Below, piece after piece: positions 49,234-60,424 of a stretch of 64,000 nucleotides of DNA. Both the position numbers and the translations under genes were made by a program. The DNA lies in NCBI GenBank assembly GCA_965240325.2, contig OZ251229.1:2294001-2358000 (forward strand). Direction: 5' to 3'. The DNA is from Rebecca billardiae RCC1528. Its lineage: Eukaryota; Protista; Haptophyta. The notes under the pieces were generated by a model. It made no database searches, had not been told where the DNA came from, and saw only the letters and a program-made list of their open reading frames with translations. Numbering within the stretch: the first letter of the stretch is position 1; the number at the start of each line of letters is the position of its first letter.

Positions 49234-49276
49234 GTCGTGATGGATGGGTATTCTCATCATGATCTGAGTTGGACTA

Positions 49277-51468
49277 TGACCGCGTTCCGCGGTCCTTTTC
49301 CGTATAGAACCAACGCAGTTCGGGGCCCGCGGCGCAGTGGTTGAGAATGAGACTGACGAGTCAGTCAGTCCGAGTCAGAAAGACAGTTCAGCCACTCTGA
49401 GAGGGAGAGTCAGACCCGAGACCGAGTCTCGGACTCGGCGCGAGTATGCGGGCGCGCACGGCCAAGGGTGGCATGGGACACCAGCGGACGGGCCGCGCGG
49501 GGAAACGGGGCGGCGCGCTCGCAGGGCGAGAGGCGCGGACGGGCCGCGCGGGGAAGCGGGGCGGCGGCGCGCGCAGGGCGAGAGGGCGAGAGGCGCCGCG
49601 CGGCGCCGGGCCGGCGCGTGCGCGCGTGCGGGCGCACCTGCTTCAGCTTGCAAGGTGCTCGCGCTGCGCCATGCGCTCGACGAAGGGCCGCTGGTCGCGA
49701 GCCGGCGCGTGCGCGCGAGCGGGCGCACCTGCTTGAGGTACTCGCCCTGCGCCATGCGCTCGACGACGGGCCGCTGGTCGCTCAGCCGGCACGCCTCGTG
49801 CCGGCAGAGCGAGAGCGCGCGCCACTGCAGACTGCTGGCCCGCCGGCCTGCCGGCTGCGCAGCCGCGCACCGAGACCGACCGAGCGGAGCTCGGGGCGGT
49901 GGAACGAGGCGAGCGGCGCGTCGCGCCTGCCGCCGCGCGTGCGCGCCTGCTCCACCGCGCCGCCGTGCTCGCCCGCCGCCTCCTCCGCCGCGTCGGCCTC
50001 GAAGACGGCGGCTGCCAGCGGCAGGCTGAGCTGCGCGCGGCTCACTCACACTGTCTGTGAGTCCTCACGCTGCTGCCGGACCTCCGCGCCGCCGTCGACC
50101 GAGTTGAGGAGGAGCTCGCGCTCGGCGTCGAGGCGCGAGCTCGCGTGCTCGAGCTCGCCCTTCAGCCGCGCGAGCTCCGGGCGCATCCGGCTCATCAGCT
50201 CTGCCGCGCCGCTCGCTCGGCGGCGGCGGGCGGCGCGCTCTGCTCCGGTCGGCGAGCGACGAGCTCGCGTGCTCCGGACTCGGCTCGCCCTTGCGCGCTG
50301 CTCCTCGAGTGACGAACGCGCCCGCGGGCAGGTTGTTGCCCGTCGCCCCCGCCGCGATCTCGCCGCCCCCGCCGCGATCTCGTCGCCCGCCGCCTCCTCC
50401 GCCGCGTCGGCCTCGAAGACGGCGGCTGCCAGCGGCAGGCTGAGCTGCGCGCGGCTCACTCACACTGTCTGTGAGTCCTCACGCTGCTGCCGGACCTCCG
50501 CGCCGCCGTCGACTGAGTTGAGGAGGAGCTCGGGCTCGGCGTCGAGGCGCGAGCTCGCGTGCTCGAGCTCGCCCTTCAGCCGCGCGAGCTCCGGGCGCAT
50601 CCGGCTCATCAGCTCTGCCGCGCCGCTCGCTCGGCGGCGGCGGGCGGCGCGCTCTGCTCCGGTCGGCGAGCGACGAGCTCGCGTGCTCCGGACTCGGCTC
50701 GCCCTTGCGCGCTGCTCCTCGAGTGACGAACGCGCCCGCGGGCAGGTTGTTGCCCGTCGCCCCCGCCGCGATCTCGCCGCCCCCGCCGCGATCTCGTCGC
50801 CCGCCGCCTCCCGCGCCGCTCGCTCGGCGGCGGCGGGCGGCGCGCTCTGCTCCGGTCGGTCGGCGAGCGACGAGCTCGCGTGCTCCGGACTCGGCTCGCC
50901 CTTGCGCGCTGCTCCTCGAGTGACGAACGCGCCCGCGGGCAGGTTGTTGCCCGTCGCCCCCGCCGCGATCTCGCCGCCCCCGCCGCGATCTCGTCGCGCA
51001 TGTGTCCGTGGCGCGCGCCTGCGAGGTGACAGGCGGGCCGCGAGCTCAGCCTCCGGGGGAGAGGGAGCGAGACGCGCGGCCTGCGAGGCGACAGGCGCGC
51101 TCGGGGAGAGCATTTTACTATTCACATTTAAAAGTGATCAAGTTTCCCGAGCCCTTGCCTTGCCGTTTTTATCGGTTGGCGGTTGGCGGCAATCTCATAC
51201 TTAAAATCGCGCTCGTAACGAACCGTTACACTAATGTCACGTCCAGCTGACGTCCAGATCGCACTTTACTTAAGGGAATCAGCTGGACGCGCTTATTTTC
51301 GGCCTAATAGACCTCTCTATGCGATCTCAAAAACTCGAAACTCGGTCTCCGCCAGCCCTAAAAATCGCCCCCCGTCCCTTTTTTCTTGATCAAAGATCTT
51401 TTTGAAACGTGGTTCGGGCCCGCTGGTGCGGGCTCCACGCTGCGCGCTCCGCCCTGCACCGCGGGCCA
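49277..51468 (-). mobile_element. Family A element, copy 4 (2192 bp), with an internal 414-bp tandem duplication
   Basis: Both family termini are present. The 5' ~280 bp match copy 2, while the 3' cargo matches copies 1 and 5. Tandem units start at 49969, 50383 and 50797 (partial). Confidence 0.85.
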
Positions 51469-52774
51469 TAAGCTACACGTCACCGGCGGTAGCGCTATGA
51501 CGACACGCCCGACCGGCGGATCGAGGCACGTGATCGATCGATCTCGCGTCACTAATACAGCGGCGCCGATTATACGTCGTATACCGTACTTTGACCGAGC
51601 GAATGAGCGATGGGCCTCGGCCCCGGACTCCGTCTCCGGCCGAGCCGCCCATCAAGCCGGGAGAAGGAGTACCGGGGCTGCTGCCACCATCTGCATGATT
51701 CGTCATATGCCATGTCACGTCCGTCTTAATGCCGCCCTCCGAGGCTGTGTCCGCTTAGCCCCGCCTGGTAGTCGCTTCCGGTGGACCTATCGGCGCAGTA
51801 TCGCGCCGCCCACAGTGCGGGCCTCAGTCAGTGCCACACGCACGGTAGGTAGTCAACGGGGAGCACCCGGACCGGTTTCTTCATTCGAGTCGTCCAGTTC
51901 AGTCTTTGAACAGCTAACAGCGGCATGATATCAGCAGCACCATAGGCCGCGCACACAGGGTCATTGCACTCGTCATTGCCGCCGTGCGAACTACAGCGCT
52001 GCTATCGCAAAGGCGGACTCGGCGAAGCTAAGCGTGTGCTGCCACGCGCGTGAGGCCCGGCCGCGGCTCCCACTTCCCAGGTCCGCCGCTGTCCGAGCGC
52101 AGCGCAGCCGCGCCTCGCCCCCGGGACTTTGGGCTCATGAAGTGTCAGTAAAAAAGCTATACATTCATCATCATGAGGCTTAGCCAGTCCGACGAACTCG
52201 AAGCACGACAGTACTCAGTAGCGGTGATGACGCGATCGTCAGCTGATTCATTACACGGCGGGCGGCGGTCTGACCGACCCACCGCGAATAACGAAACTCG
52301 CATCCATCGTCGACGTCGTCACGCGACGACTATATACATAATATCTATCGTCAGCATCAGCACGCGGTGATGCGCGGCAGCCTACGCCACTCTGACTCGT
52401 CGACGACGCGATGGCAACAGCTAGTGACCGGAACAGCAGTCAACAGACGACGAGACGACGTTAGTACGATAATATGCATGCATGCCGCACTTATTTGAGC
52501 AGAGACTGAGAGAGACGAGAGAGAGAGAGATCGATTGACGAACATTCGTCAGACAGGCAGTGTCCGCAGTGTGAGCTTGCTACCAATTGATGCTGCTGAT
52601 GATGACGATGTCATCAGATTAACTTTATAACCATTCAGGCGGGCATTGCCGGGTTGCACCCGGCAATGCTGCATTCACCCCGGTCCTACCGGAATGCAGG
52701 GCTCGCCCCGCTGGCCTACAGCTCTGTGACCGTCAGCGCCGCGCGCCACATACCAGGCCACCACGACTTCATCA

Positions 52775-53133
52775 ATACTGCTGCACGCATGATGGTACCA
52801 GTAGTGACAGAGTACTGGCGGTACCGTGCTGCTCGCATGGTATGGTACTGCTGCGCGCATGGTATGGTACTGCTGCGTGCATGATGGTATGGTACTGCTG
52901 CGCGCATGGTATGGTACTGCTGTGCGCATGGTAGTATGGTACTCTGCTGCACGCATCGGATCAGGAGTATGTACTGCTGCTGCGCGCATGGTATGGTACT
53001 GCCGCGTGCATGGTATGGTACTGCTGCACGCATGATGGTATGGTACTGGCGGTACTGCTGCGCGCATGGTATGGCACTGCTGTGCGCATGGTATGGTACT
53101 GCTGCGTGCATGGTATGCCGTACTGCTGCACGC
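52775..53133 (+). repeat. 22-25 bp minisatellite, consensus GCATGGTATGGTACTGCTGCGC
   Basis: About a dozen diverged tandem units are directly visible. Confidence 0.9.
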
Positions 53134-53712
53134 AAGACTACAAGCGCGCAGGTGGTGGGAGCCGCAAGCAGAAGCAAGCGCGCAGGTGGTGGGAGTGCTC
53201 GCAGGTGGTGGGAGAAGCAAGAAGCAGCAGCTCGAAGCAGCAGGCACTCCGATGCGGCACCTCCCGAAGCTGCTGCATCCTTCTGACCGCCCGTGGTTTG
53301 CGGACCGGAAGCGTCCGCGACTGCGAGCCGCACGCGCACGCGGTGCGCGCAGCGGTCATGGCGCTGGGTCCGGCGAGCAGCCGGGGTGAGGTTCAGGTAC
53401 GAGGGGCACACACTATTCCGCATGCGCCTTGGCACCGACCACGCGCCGCATCCACTGGGAGATCTGCGGCCGCAAGAAGCGCGCGCCTTGGCGAGGGCGA
53501 AGCATCGTAGACCCGCCTGCGCGCAGTGCTTCCGCACCGCCGGCCGGGGCGGTCCGGCACTGCTTGCTTGGTGTTGGTCCGGCTTCCTCAGCATCATGAC
53601 ATCATCACAGTCCTCACTCCTTCACCGATCACTGTGCACCGATCTCTTGAAGGGAGCGAGCAACGGCGGAGGACGAAGCTGAAGCAGTGTGCTCTTGCCG
53701 AACCGCGTGGTC

Positions 53713-53874
53713 GGCACACACTGGCACACACTGGCACACACTGGCACACACTGGCACACACTGGCACACACTGGCACACACTGGCACACACTGGCACACA
53801 CTGGCACACACTGGCACACACTGGCACACACTGGCACACACTGGCACACACTGGCACACACTGGCACACACTGG

Positions 53875-53908
<34 letters not shown>

Positions 53909-53911
53909 CAC

Positions 53912-53957
<46 letters not shown>

Positions 53958-55739
53958 GCACACACTGGCACACACTGGCACACACTGGCACACACTGGCA
54001 CACACTGGCACACACTGGCACACACTGGCACACACTGGCACACACTGGCACACACTGGCACACACTGGCACACACTGGCACACACTGGCACACACTGGCA
54101 CACACTGGCACACACTGGCACACACTGGCACACACTGGCACACACTGGCACACACTGGCACACACTGGCACACACTGGCACACACTGGCACACACTGGCA
54201 CACACTGGCACACTGGCGAAAGCGAGCCTCCCCAAGGGTGGTTGCTCAGGGTCGCCGACTCCAGCGGAGTCCGGCGCCGGAACTTCACCTCCGATTTTTT
54301 GCGGCGGCGCGGCGTGCGGGGCCGCCGCCGCTGTGGCGGGCCGCTCGGGGCGTGCACGGCGTGGGCTCGTGCGGCCGCTGCCGCGCACGCCGAGCGATCC
54401 GGCGCGGGCTCGCGGCTTGTCGATGGCCTCGCGCGCCGCAGCGCGGCGCGCGCCTTGCCTAGCTTCGCCTGTCTCGCGCCTTGGCCGCCGTGCACGCGTG
54501 CGCCGCCAAACCGCAAGCTCGGCATAGCTCTCAGCCGAGCGTGCACGTGCCTTGCGCGACGCGACGCGGGCATTGCCGGCGGGTGATGTAGCCGTAGTGC
54601 GAGCGCGCGTCGTGAAGCCTCGACGCGGATCGTGAGTGTCTTCAACGTCTCGGTCAGCTGTCGACAACAGCTGACGGCACCAACCACCAATGGACACCAC
54701 GGTCCGCTCCGTTGAACGACTCTCAGGGCTATCGCGACGCTGCAACTCGTGAAGACTAGTCGAGCGTTGTTGTCAAGAAACACACGCCACTATGTCATGC
54801 GTGCGGGCCTTGCGTGACGATGCGACATGACGATCGCCCCGGCAAGAGAGTCAGTCGTCAAGCTTTGAGCACTGCTCAACGCACAGATGGTCCACGCGCG
54901 TACGCGGCATCGTCTCATTGCTCTCGATCCGCGCCGAGGCTTCACGACGCGCGCTCGCACTACGGCTACATCGCCCGCTGGCAATGCCCGCGTCGCGTCG
55001 CGCAAGGCACGTGCACGCTCGGCTGAGAGCTATGCCGAGCTTGCGGTTTGGCGGCGCACGCGTGCACGGCGGCCAAGGCGCGAGACAGGCGAAGCTAGGC
55101 AAGGCGCGCGCCGCGCTGCGGCGCGCGAGGCCATCGACAAGCCGCGAGCCCGCGCCGGATCGCTCGGCGTGCGCGGCAGCGGCCGCACGAGCCCACGCCG
55201 TGCACGCCCCGAGCGGCCCGCCACAGCGGCGGCGGCCCCGCACGCCGCGCCGCCGCAAAAAATCGGAGGTGAAGTTCCGGCGCCGGACTCCGCTGGAGTC
55301 GGCGACCCTGAGCAACCACCCTTGGGGAGGCTCGCTTTCGCCAGTGTGCCAGTGTGTGCCAGTGTGTGCCAGTGTGTGCCAGTGTGTGCCAGTGTGTGCC
55401 AGTGTGTGCCAGTGTGTGCCAGTGTGTGCCAGTGTGTGCCAGTGTGTGCCAGTGTGTGCCAGTGTGTGCCAGTGTGTGCCAGTGTGTGCCAGTGTGTGCC
55501 AGTGTGTGCCAGTGTGTGCCAGTGTGTGCCAGTGTGTGCCAGTGTGTGCCAGTGTGTGCCAGTGTGTGCCAGTGTGTGCCAGTGTGTGCCAGTGTGTGCC
55601 AGTGTGTGCCAGTGTGTGCCAGTGTGTGCCAGTGTGTGCCAGTGTGTGCCAGTGTGTGCCAGTGTGTGCCAGTGTGTGCCAGTGTGTGCCAGTGTGTGCC
55701 AGTGTGTGCCAGTGTGTGCCAGTGTGTGCCAGTGTGTGC

Positions 55740-55785
<46 letters not shown>

Positions 55786-55793
55786 GTGTGTGT

Positions 55794-55846
<53 letters not shown>
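53713..55846. mobile_element. Foldback element: (CACACACTGG)n/(CA)n, ~420-bp arm, 292-bp spacer, inverted arm, (CCAGTGTGTG)n/(GT)n
   Basis: 54211-54632 is the near-perfect reverse complement of 54925-55346 (termini CACTGGCGAAAG...CTTTCGCCAGTG). The flanking 10-mer arrays are mirror images. Confidence 0.85.
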
Positions 55847-55849
<3 letters not shown>

Positions 55850-55991
55850 GGGGAGTCGACTGCTGACAGATTGCACGAAAAACCGTTGGCCCCAATTGGG
55901 ATCTGACTAAACTGTATTCCTCGGGATACCTATTGGAAGGCCATCAACTTTGTAAGAATCACCGGACTTCGCGTGTCCTACCGGAAAACTC

Positions 55992-56039
55992 GCTCCGCTC
56001 GCATGCTTGTTCTGACAGAACAACCAATGCGAGCGGGGC
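55992..56039. other. Strong stem-loop just downstream of the 56049 stop codon
   Basis: CCGCTCGCAT-GC-TTGTTCTG-A-CAGAACAA-CCA-ATGCGAGCGG. Confidence 0.75.
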
Positions 56040-56048
56040 TCGCGATTA

Positions 56049-57014
56049 TCATGCTGCGGCCTGATCTGTGATCACTGATGTGGTGCCAGGGACTGCGGCG
56101 GCGGCGGCTGGAGGGTCAGGGAATGCCGCCTTGACAGCGTTGAGCTCGCGCGCTTCGAGACGGCCGCGCCAGAAAGCCGCCGGCTCAGTGAGTGCGTACG
56201 CGGCGAACTCGTCCGCATGCCTCGAGCTGTGGTAGCCCAGGTCCGACATCCAGCGGCCCATGCGCGCTCCCCACTGCTGCCACGTGGCGTTGGCAGCGTC
56301 CCTGTACGCCGGCTCGAGGGCGTAGCGCGCGTGGCAAAGCTCGTGTGCGAGGGTCGTGTGTGCACCAGTGACGTGCGAGATGACCACCGCTGGCGCCCCG
56401 TGCTCGCGCCATGCGCGCAGGAAGGAGCGCTCAGGCTCGGACATCGCGCGGGCCGGGTCGTCCTCGCCAACGGCAGCCGCTCGCGCCTCAAACGCCTCGA
56501 GCACGGCAGCGTACAGGTTGTGGCCGAGGTACGCGTTGGAGGGGAGCGTGCCCTGTGTTGCCCAGTCGACGAGGCCAGGCGACTCGTCGGCACAGTGCAC
56601 CGGGTGCTCGAGCAGCGTGCTCATCCGGCCGAGGCTGTCATTCATCGTGCGCGCGTCTGCCCACTCCACCACTGCGAGCGCGTCCGAGCGCAGGCTCCAT
56701 CGTGCGGACACAGCGCGGTCCGGCTCGCCGCGACCCGATGTGTCTACCTGGTGGCGCGGGCCGGCGTACTCCTCGCCGAGCGAGACCGCCACGGTGTCGC
56801 CATTCCTCACGTGGCCCTCCAGGGTACCCTCACGTGGCAGCTCGACACCGGCGCGCCACACGAAAAGCCGAGCGCGTGTGACATCCTTCTTCTTGAGGCG
56901 CAGCTTGTTGGCAGCAGCTGTGAGCACTGCCTCGGCATCCGGGCGCACGAGGATGGCGGCCAGCGGGTCGCCCTGACGCGGCCCTACGTTCAGTGTCAAC
57001 GTCAGCCTAATCAT
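56049..57014 (-). CDS. Hypothetical protein: N-terminal doublecortin/ubiquitin-like domain plus C-terminal HExxH (zincin-like) domain
   Basis: AVLTAAANKLRLKK..ARLF...GVEL......VRNGDTVAVSLGEEY is a DCX-like signature. TLAHELCHARY...DLGY.....DEFAAY gives HExxH plus a distal Glu. Confidence 0.7.
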   Translation of the reverse strand: MIRLTLTLNVGPRQGDPLAAILVRPDAEAVLTAAANKLRLKKKDVTRARLFVWRAGVELPREGTLEGHVRNGDTVAVSLGEEYAGPRHQVDTSGRGEPDRAVSARWSLRSDALAVVEWADARTMNDSLGRMSTLLEHPVHCADESPGLVDWATQGTLPSNAYLGHNLYAAVLEAFEARAAAVGEDDPARAMSEPERSFLRAWREHGAPAVVISHVTGAHTTLAHELCHARYALEPAYRDAANATWQQWGARMGRWMSDLGYHSSRHADEFAAYALTEPAAFWRGRLEARELNAVKAAFPDPPAAAAAVPGTTSVITDQAAA

Positions 57015-57149
57015 GGCGGGCACCCAGCCGCCATCGTGCTGCGACGTCCAATACTGATGTACAGTTTTCTGGGCTACAGTTTACTATGATTTAACGTGCA
57101 CACTTGGTTACTGGGCGTGATTAACGCCATCCAACACTGCACACTCAGA

Positions 57150-57826
57150 AGGGTAGGGCTGGAGGCTTCGGCCGCTCGCCAGCCTGATCACCCGGCGGCG
57201 GAGCCCGTTATAAAGGGGAATTTTAAGAAGCGGAAGAAGAAGCCTCGGCGTGGGAAGCGCGGGCAACGGCGCGACGCCGAGGGCCATCGAGCCGTCGCTC
57301 CTCGACGCGCCGCGCCGTCAAGGAACGCCAGGCGCGCAAGGCGGCGCGCCTGGCACCGACCGCTGCACCCACGCCAGTCCCTGCTGCCCCGCTCCACGAG
57401 GACCGAGACTCGCCCCCGGGCGACGACTTGGACGACGAGGAGCTGCCGCAGCAGCGGACGAAGCGCACCCTGGACGACGCCGCAGCGCCAGCCGCCGCCA
57501 GCCAGCCAGCTGGCTCGAGCGGCAGGCGCGTACGCGACCGCTCGGGGAGCACGGGGCAGGCTCGACCAGCTGCTACCAGCGGCTGAGACTGCCAGCTGAC
57601 ATCCGGACCTGCACCATCGCCCTCGCTCGGGGCACAGCAGGGCCATGCGAGCCGCGCAGCGCAGGTGGATCGCGCTCCGGCAGCTCAAGGCCGCGCTCAA
57701 GCAATCCGATCGCGGTGCAGGCTATGCTCTGCCACCAACGCCGACTTCGTGTCGACGATCGGGCACTGCCGCCGACGAATCAGGAGACCCGCGTCGTCCT
57801 ACCTGTGTCGTTAAATCATAGAATGA
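57150..57826 (+). repeat. Composite of dispersed repeats (57150-57226 matches rc of 19979-20048; 57605-57826 matches 22025-22266)
   Basis: Direct sequence similarity within the window. Confidence 0.8.
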
Positions 57827-58353
57827 GTATACCGGCTTGAGCCCAGTGTCAATTACTGCACGTGTAGAACTTATATTGATTAATGAGTATCAATGCATGG
57901 CGGTTCAAGCAGGTTACTCATGTACATTCAGTGTCTGGCGGATGTGTCATGTGACAATCATAAAGACTGGCAGCGGCGGATGGACCTCAGGATGGAGGCC
58001 GTTTTGAACGCGCTCGCGCGCGGCGAGGTGAAGCGTGCAGGGGCGTTCGGCGCTGTGGGCCCCTCGAGGGCGTCAAGGTGGACCGCGCCCAAGCGGCTGT
58101 CGCCCCCTGGAGCGGCCTCTCCGCGCCGTGCGAGGCCGCGGCGCGCGGGCGGTACACGACCTCCTGTCTGACGCCCGAAGGTACGAGTGCCTCCGAGTGG
58201 TCGGCTCCCACTGCGCCTGCCAGCGGGCGAAGTCAGCGGCAGAGCGGCCGGGAGCGTCGCCATTTCCGCAAACGCAGCAAAATGTTTATTTTCGTGTAGT
58301 TTTGCGGCCAACGACCACTCGTACCTCGGGCCGTCAGAAAAAGCTATGGGAGC

Positions 58354-58610
58354 AAGGAGTCTTTAAAAATCCACTGGGGAGGAAGGCAAGTGGACCCATG
58401 TTCTATACGCCGCGGTTCCAGAGTCCGGTGTTTTGGAAGCCTGGTCACAGTGGCTTTTGTCCGGAGATATCGTTCAGAATAGGCGTTTCGGCTAGAAAAT
58501 CACCGCTGAAGCCTGCGAAATCACCGGACTTCAGAACCGCGGCGTACAGAACATGGGACCGAGCTCGCACTGGGGGCTTCCTCCCCAGTAGGTTATTTGT
58601 AAGACCCCTT
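58354..58610. mobile_element. MULE-like MITE (257 bp) with ~90-100 bp imperfect TIRs and a 9-bp TSD
   Basis: AAGGAGTCTT..ACTGGGGAGGAAG..CCCATGTTCTATACGCCGCGGTTC..AGTCCGGTG is matched by the inverted right arm. Flanks are TATGGGAGC (58345-58353) and CATGGGAGC (58611-58619). Confidence 0.85.
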
Positions 58611-59135
58611 CATGGGAGCGTCGCCACCAGTCTTTATGTACACGGCTGCCAGTCTGAAAACCCGGAGCCCGTTGTAAAGGCGGGGAATTTAGATTGAAGA
58701 CGTACTGGTACGGCGTTTTCTCACGGCGGAGATACGGGTGGTTTACTCGTCACCACGCGAGTGATGATTGAGCAGAGTGTCTTGGGTAATATCAACTAGT
58801 ATAGTCGCCGTAAGTTCATCGGTATTTCCTTTCGAAACCAATCTTGGGTACTACCACCCAGCACCCATGCCATCCTGTTTGTCCACTTTCAGGCCATCGC
58901 TAGAATGAAATCTCGTCGATCTCAGAAGGGGTAAGGCCTTATTAGCTGATGGTGATATCTGGTTTTAAGCCAGTACATGATTACTTGCGAACAACCCCCA
59001 TTGGTGCCCAATCAGCGCCGCTACTCATGGGCGGTATGCCCGTAATAACCCCTGGCGAGCCGCTCACCTGATCTGCGAAGAAGGATCAAATTATTATAAC
59101 CAACCTCGTCGACGTGTTCGCTAGACACGACGAAC

Positions 59136-59972
59136 ATGCCCAGCACCCGCAACATCTCGGATGCGCACGAGCGCAAGCGGTGGCGACCAGACCCGGCGCA
59201 GAGGCTGGTCCTCGAAGCTGTCTTCATGGTGTCCAACATGCCCAGCCGCCTCACCGTCGATTCACTGGCGCAGTCGCTGAAGATTGGCCGGCGCCAGGCC
59301 CGGATCTGGTTCCAGAACAAGCGGCAGCGCATGCGCAAGCTGTATGGAGCCAGCGCCGTGCCGAACTGCACCCTTGAGGGGCCGGCCGCCGCGATACTCC
59401 CGACGCTCCTCTTGATGCAGGCGCGTCCTAAAGCGCTGAATGCGGAGCTGCCTGGCATGGCGCTCATCTCCCCCCCCCCGCACCTGCCACAACTCGACTG
59501 GGCACCATCAGAGCCGGCGCCGACCGAGTCGCCGACGATGTCGCTGCCACAGCCGGAAGCGTCCATGCCCATGGCCTCGGTGTCACCGCCTCTGCAGTCC
59601 ATCGGTCCACCAATAGTGCCCGCGCCCCATCCTCCGGCCATGTCCTCGCTCGTCGCCGACGTGCCGCCCTTCGACGTCTTGCTCGGGCGCGAAATCGTGA
59701 GCTCCATGGCGAGCGCTGTCGTCCCGCCATTGCCATCACCGCGCACGGAAAACTCTCAAGCCGAGCCCAATGCCGGCTATCCGATGGCGAGCTCTCGCGC
59801 CGGCAACCTCTCGAGCAAGGAAGCACCCAACTACCTGCAGAGCTCGTCCCACTTCATCATCGGGCCGGAGCTCTCACATGCGCTCTCGTCAACTCCACCG
59901 TTCCTGCCGTCCGAGTCCGAGCTGGATGTGAACGGCCGGCGCCGAGTCCACCATGCCCTGCGGACAACTTAG
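59136..59972 (+). CDS. Homeodomain transcription factor (non-TALE, WFQNKR) with Pro/Ser-rich tail; a further exon ending at 60085 is possible
   Basis: ERKRWRPDPAQRLVLEAVFMVSNMPSRLTVDSLAQSLKIGRRQARIWFQNKRQRMRK. A downstream coding-like LLELMLSPALITDDAMSIMNDFCNGVLGCIM* lies in another frame. Confidence 0.88.
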   Translation: MPSTRNISDAHERKRWRPDPAQRLVLEAVFMVSNMPSRLTVDSLAQSLKIGRRQARIWFQNKRQRMRKLYGASAVPNCTLEGPAAAILPTLLLMQARPKALNAELPGMALISPPPHLPQLDWAPSEPAPTESPTMSLPQPEASMPMASVSPPLQSIGPPIVPAPHPPAMSSLVADVPPFDVLLGREIVSSMASAVVPPLPSPRTENSQAEPNAGYPMASSRAGNLSSKEAPNYLQSSSHFIIGPELSHALSSTPPFLPSESELDVNGRRRVHHALRTT

Positions 59973-60424
59973 CTCCCAGCTCGCACAGTCTGCTCGAGCT
60001 CATGCTCTCACCAGCGCTGATCACCGATGACGCGATGAGCATCATGAACGACTTCTGCAACGGCGTGCTCGGCTGCATCATGTAGCTTAATTGAAGTAAT
60101 CGCGGCGGAACTTATTATTCATTCACGTGCCGCGGCGCCTGTCTGACTCACTCGCGGCGCTGCGCCTCGCTGGCGCGGTGTCGACCCGGGCCGGTAGTTG
60201 GCCACTGAGGGCCGATCGTCCAATAATGCAAATGGCATGCTGTTGGTCCGGGGCCGTCAGGGCTCAATAGAATAACTTCGATGTAGTAGTCAACGGCCAC
60301 GGGCCGCACTTCAGATGCGCGCCTGACACTGCGGTGACTGCCGCGCTCGAGGCGCCGCTCCGAGGCGCGGCTCCGGGCAGACGACATGCAGCAGTGACAT
60401 ATCGGACGAATAATTTCTAATTAA

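Noticed and set aside
53526-55910. His/Trp-rich (HTGTHWHTLA)n and Cys-rich (CQCVPVCASV)n ORFs as metal-binding proteins
   Set aside because: They are translations of a stop-free 10-bp satellite, open in all frames, with no synonymous variation.
57893-58311. Short coding-like fragment (MDLRMEAVLNALARGEVK)
   Set aside because: It is too short, loses coding character quickly and matches no family I recognise.
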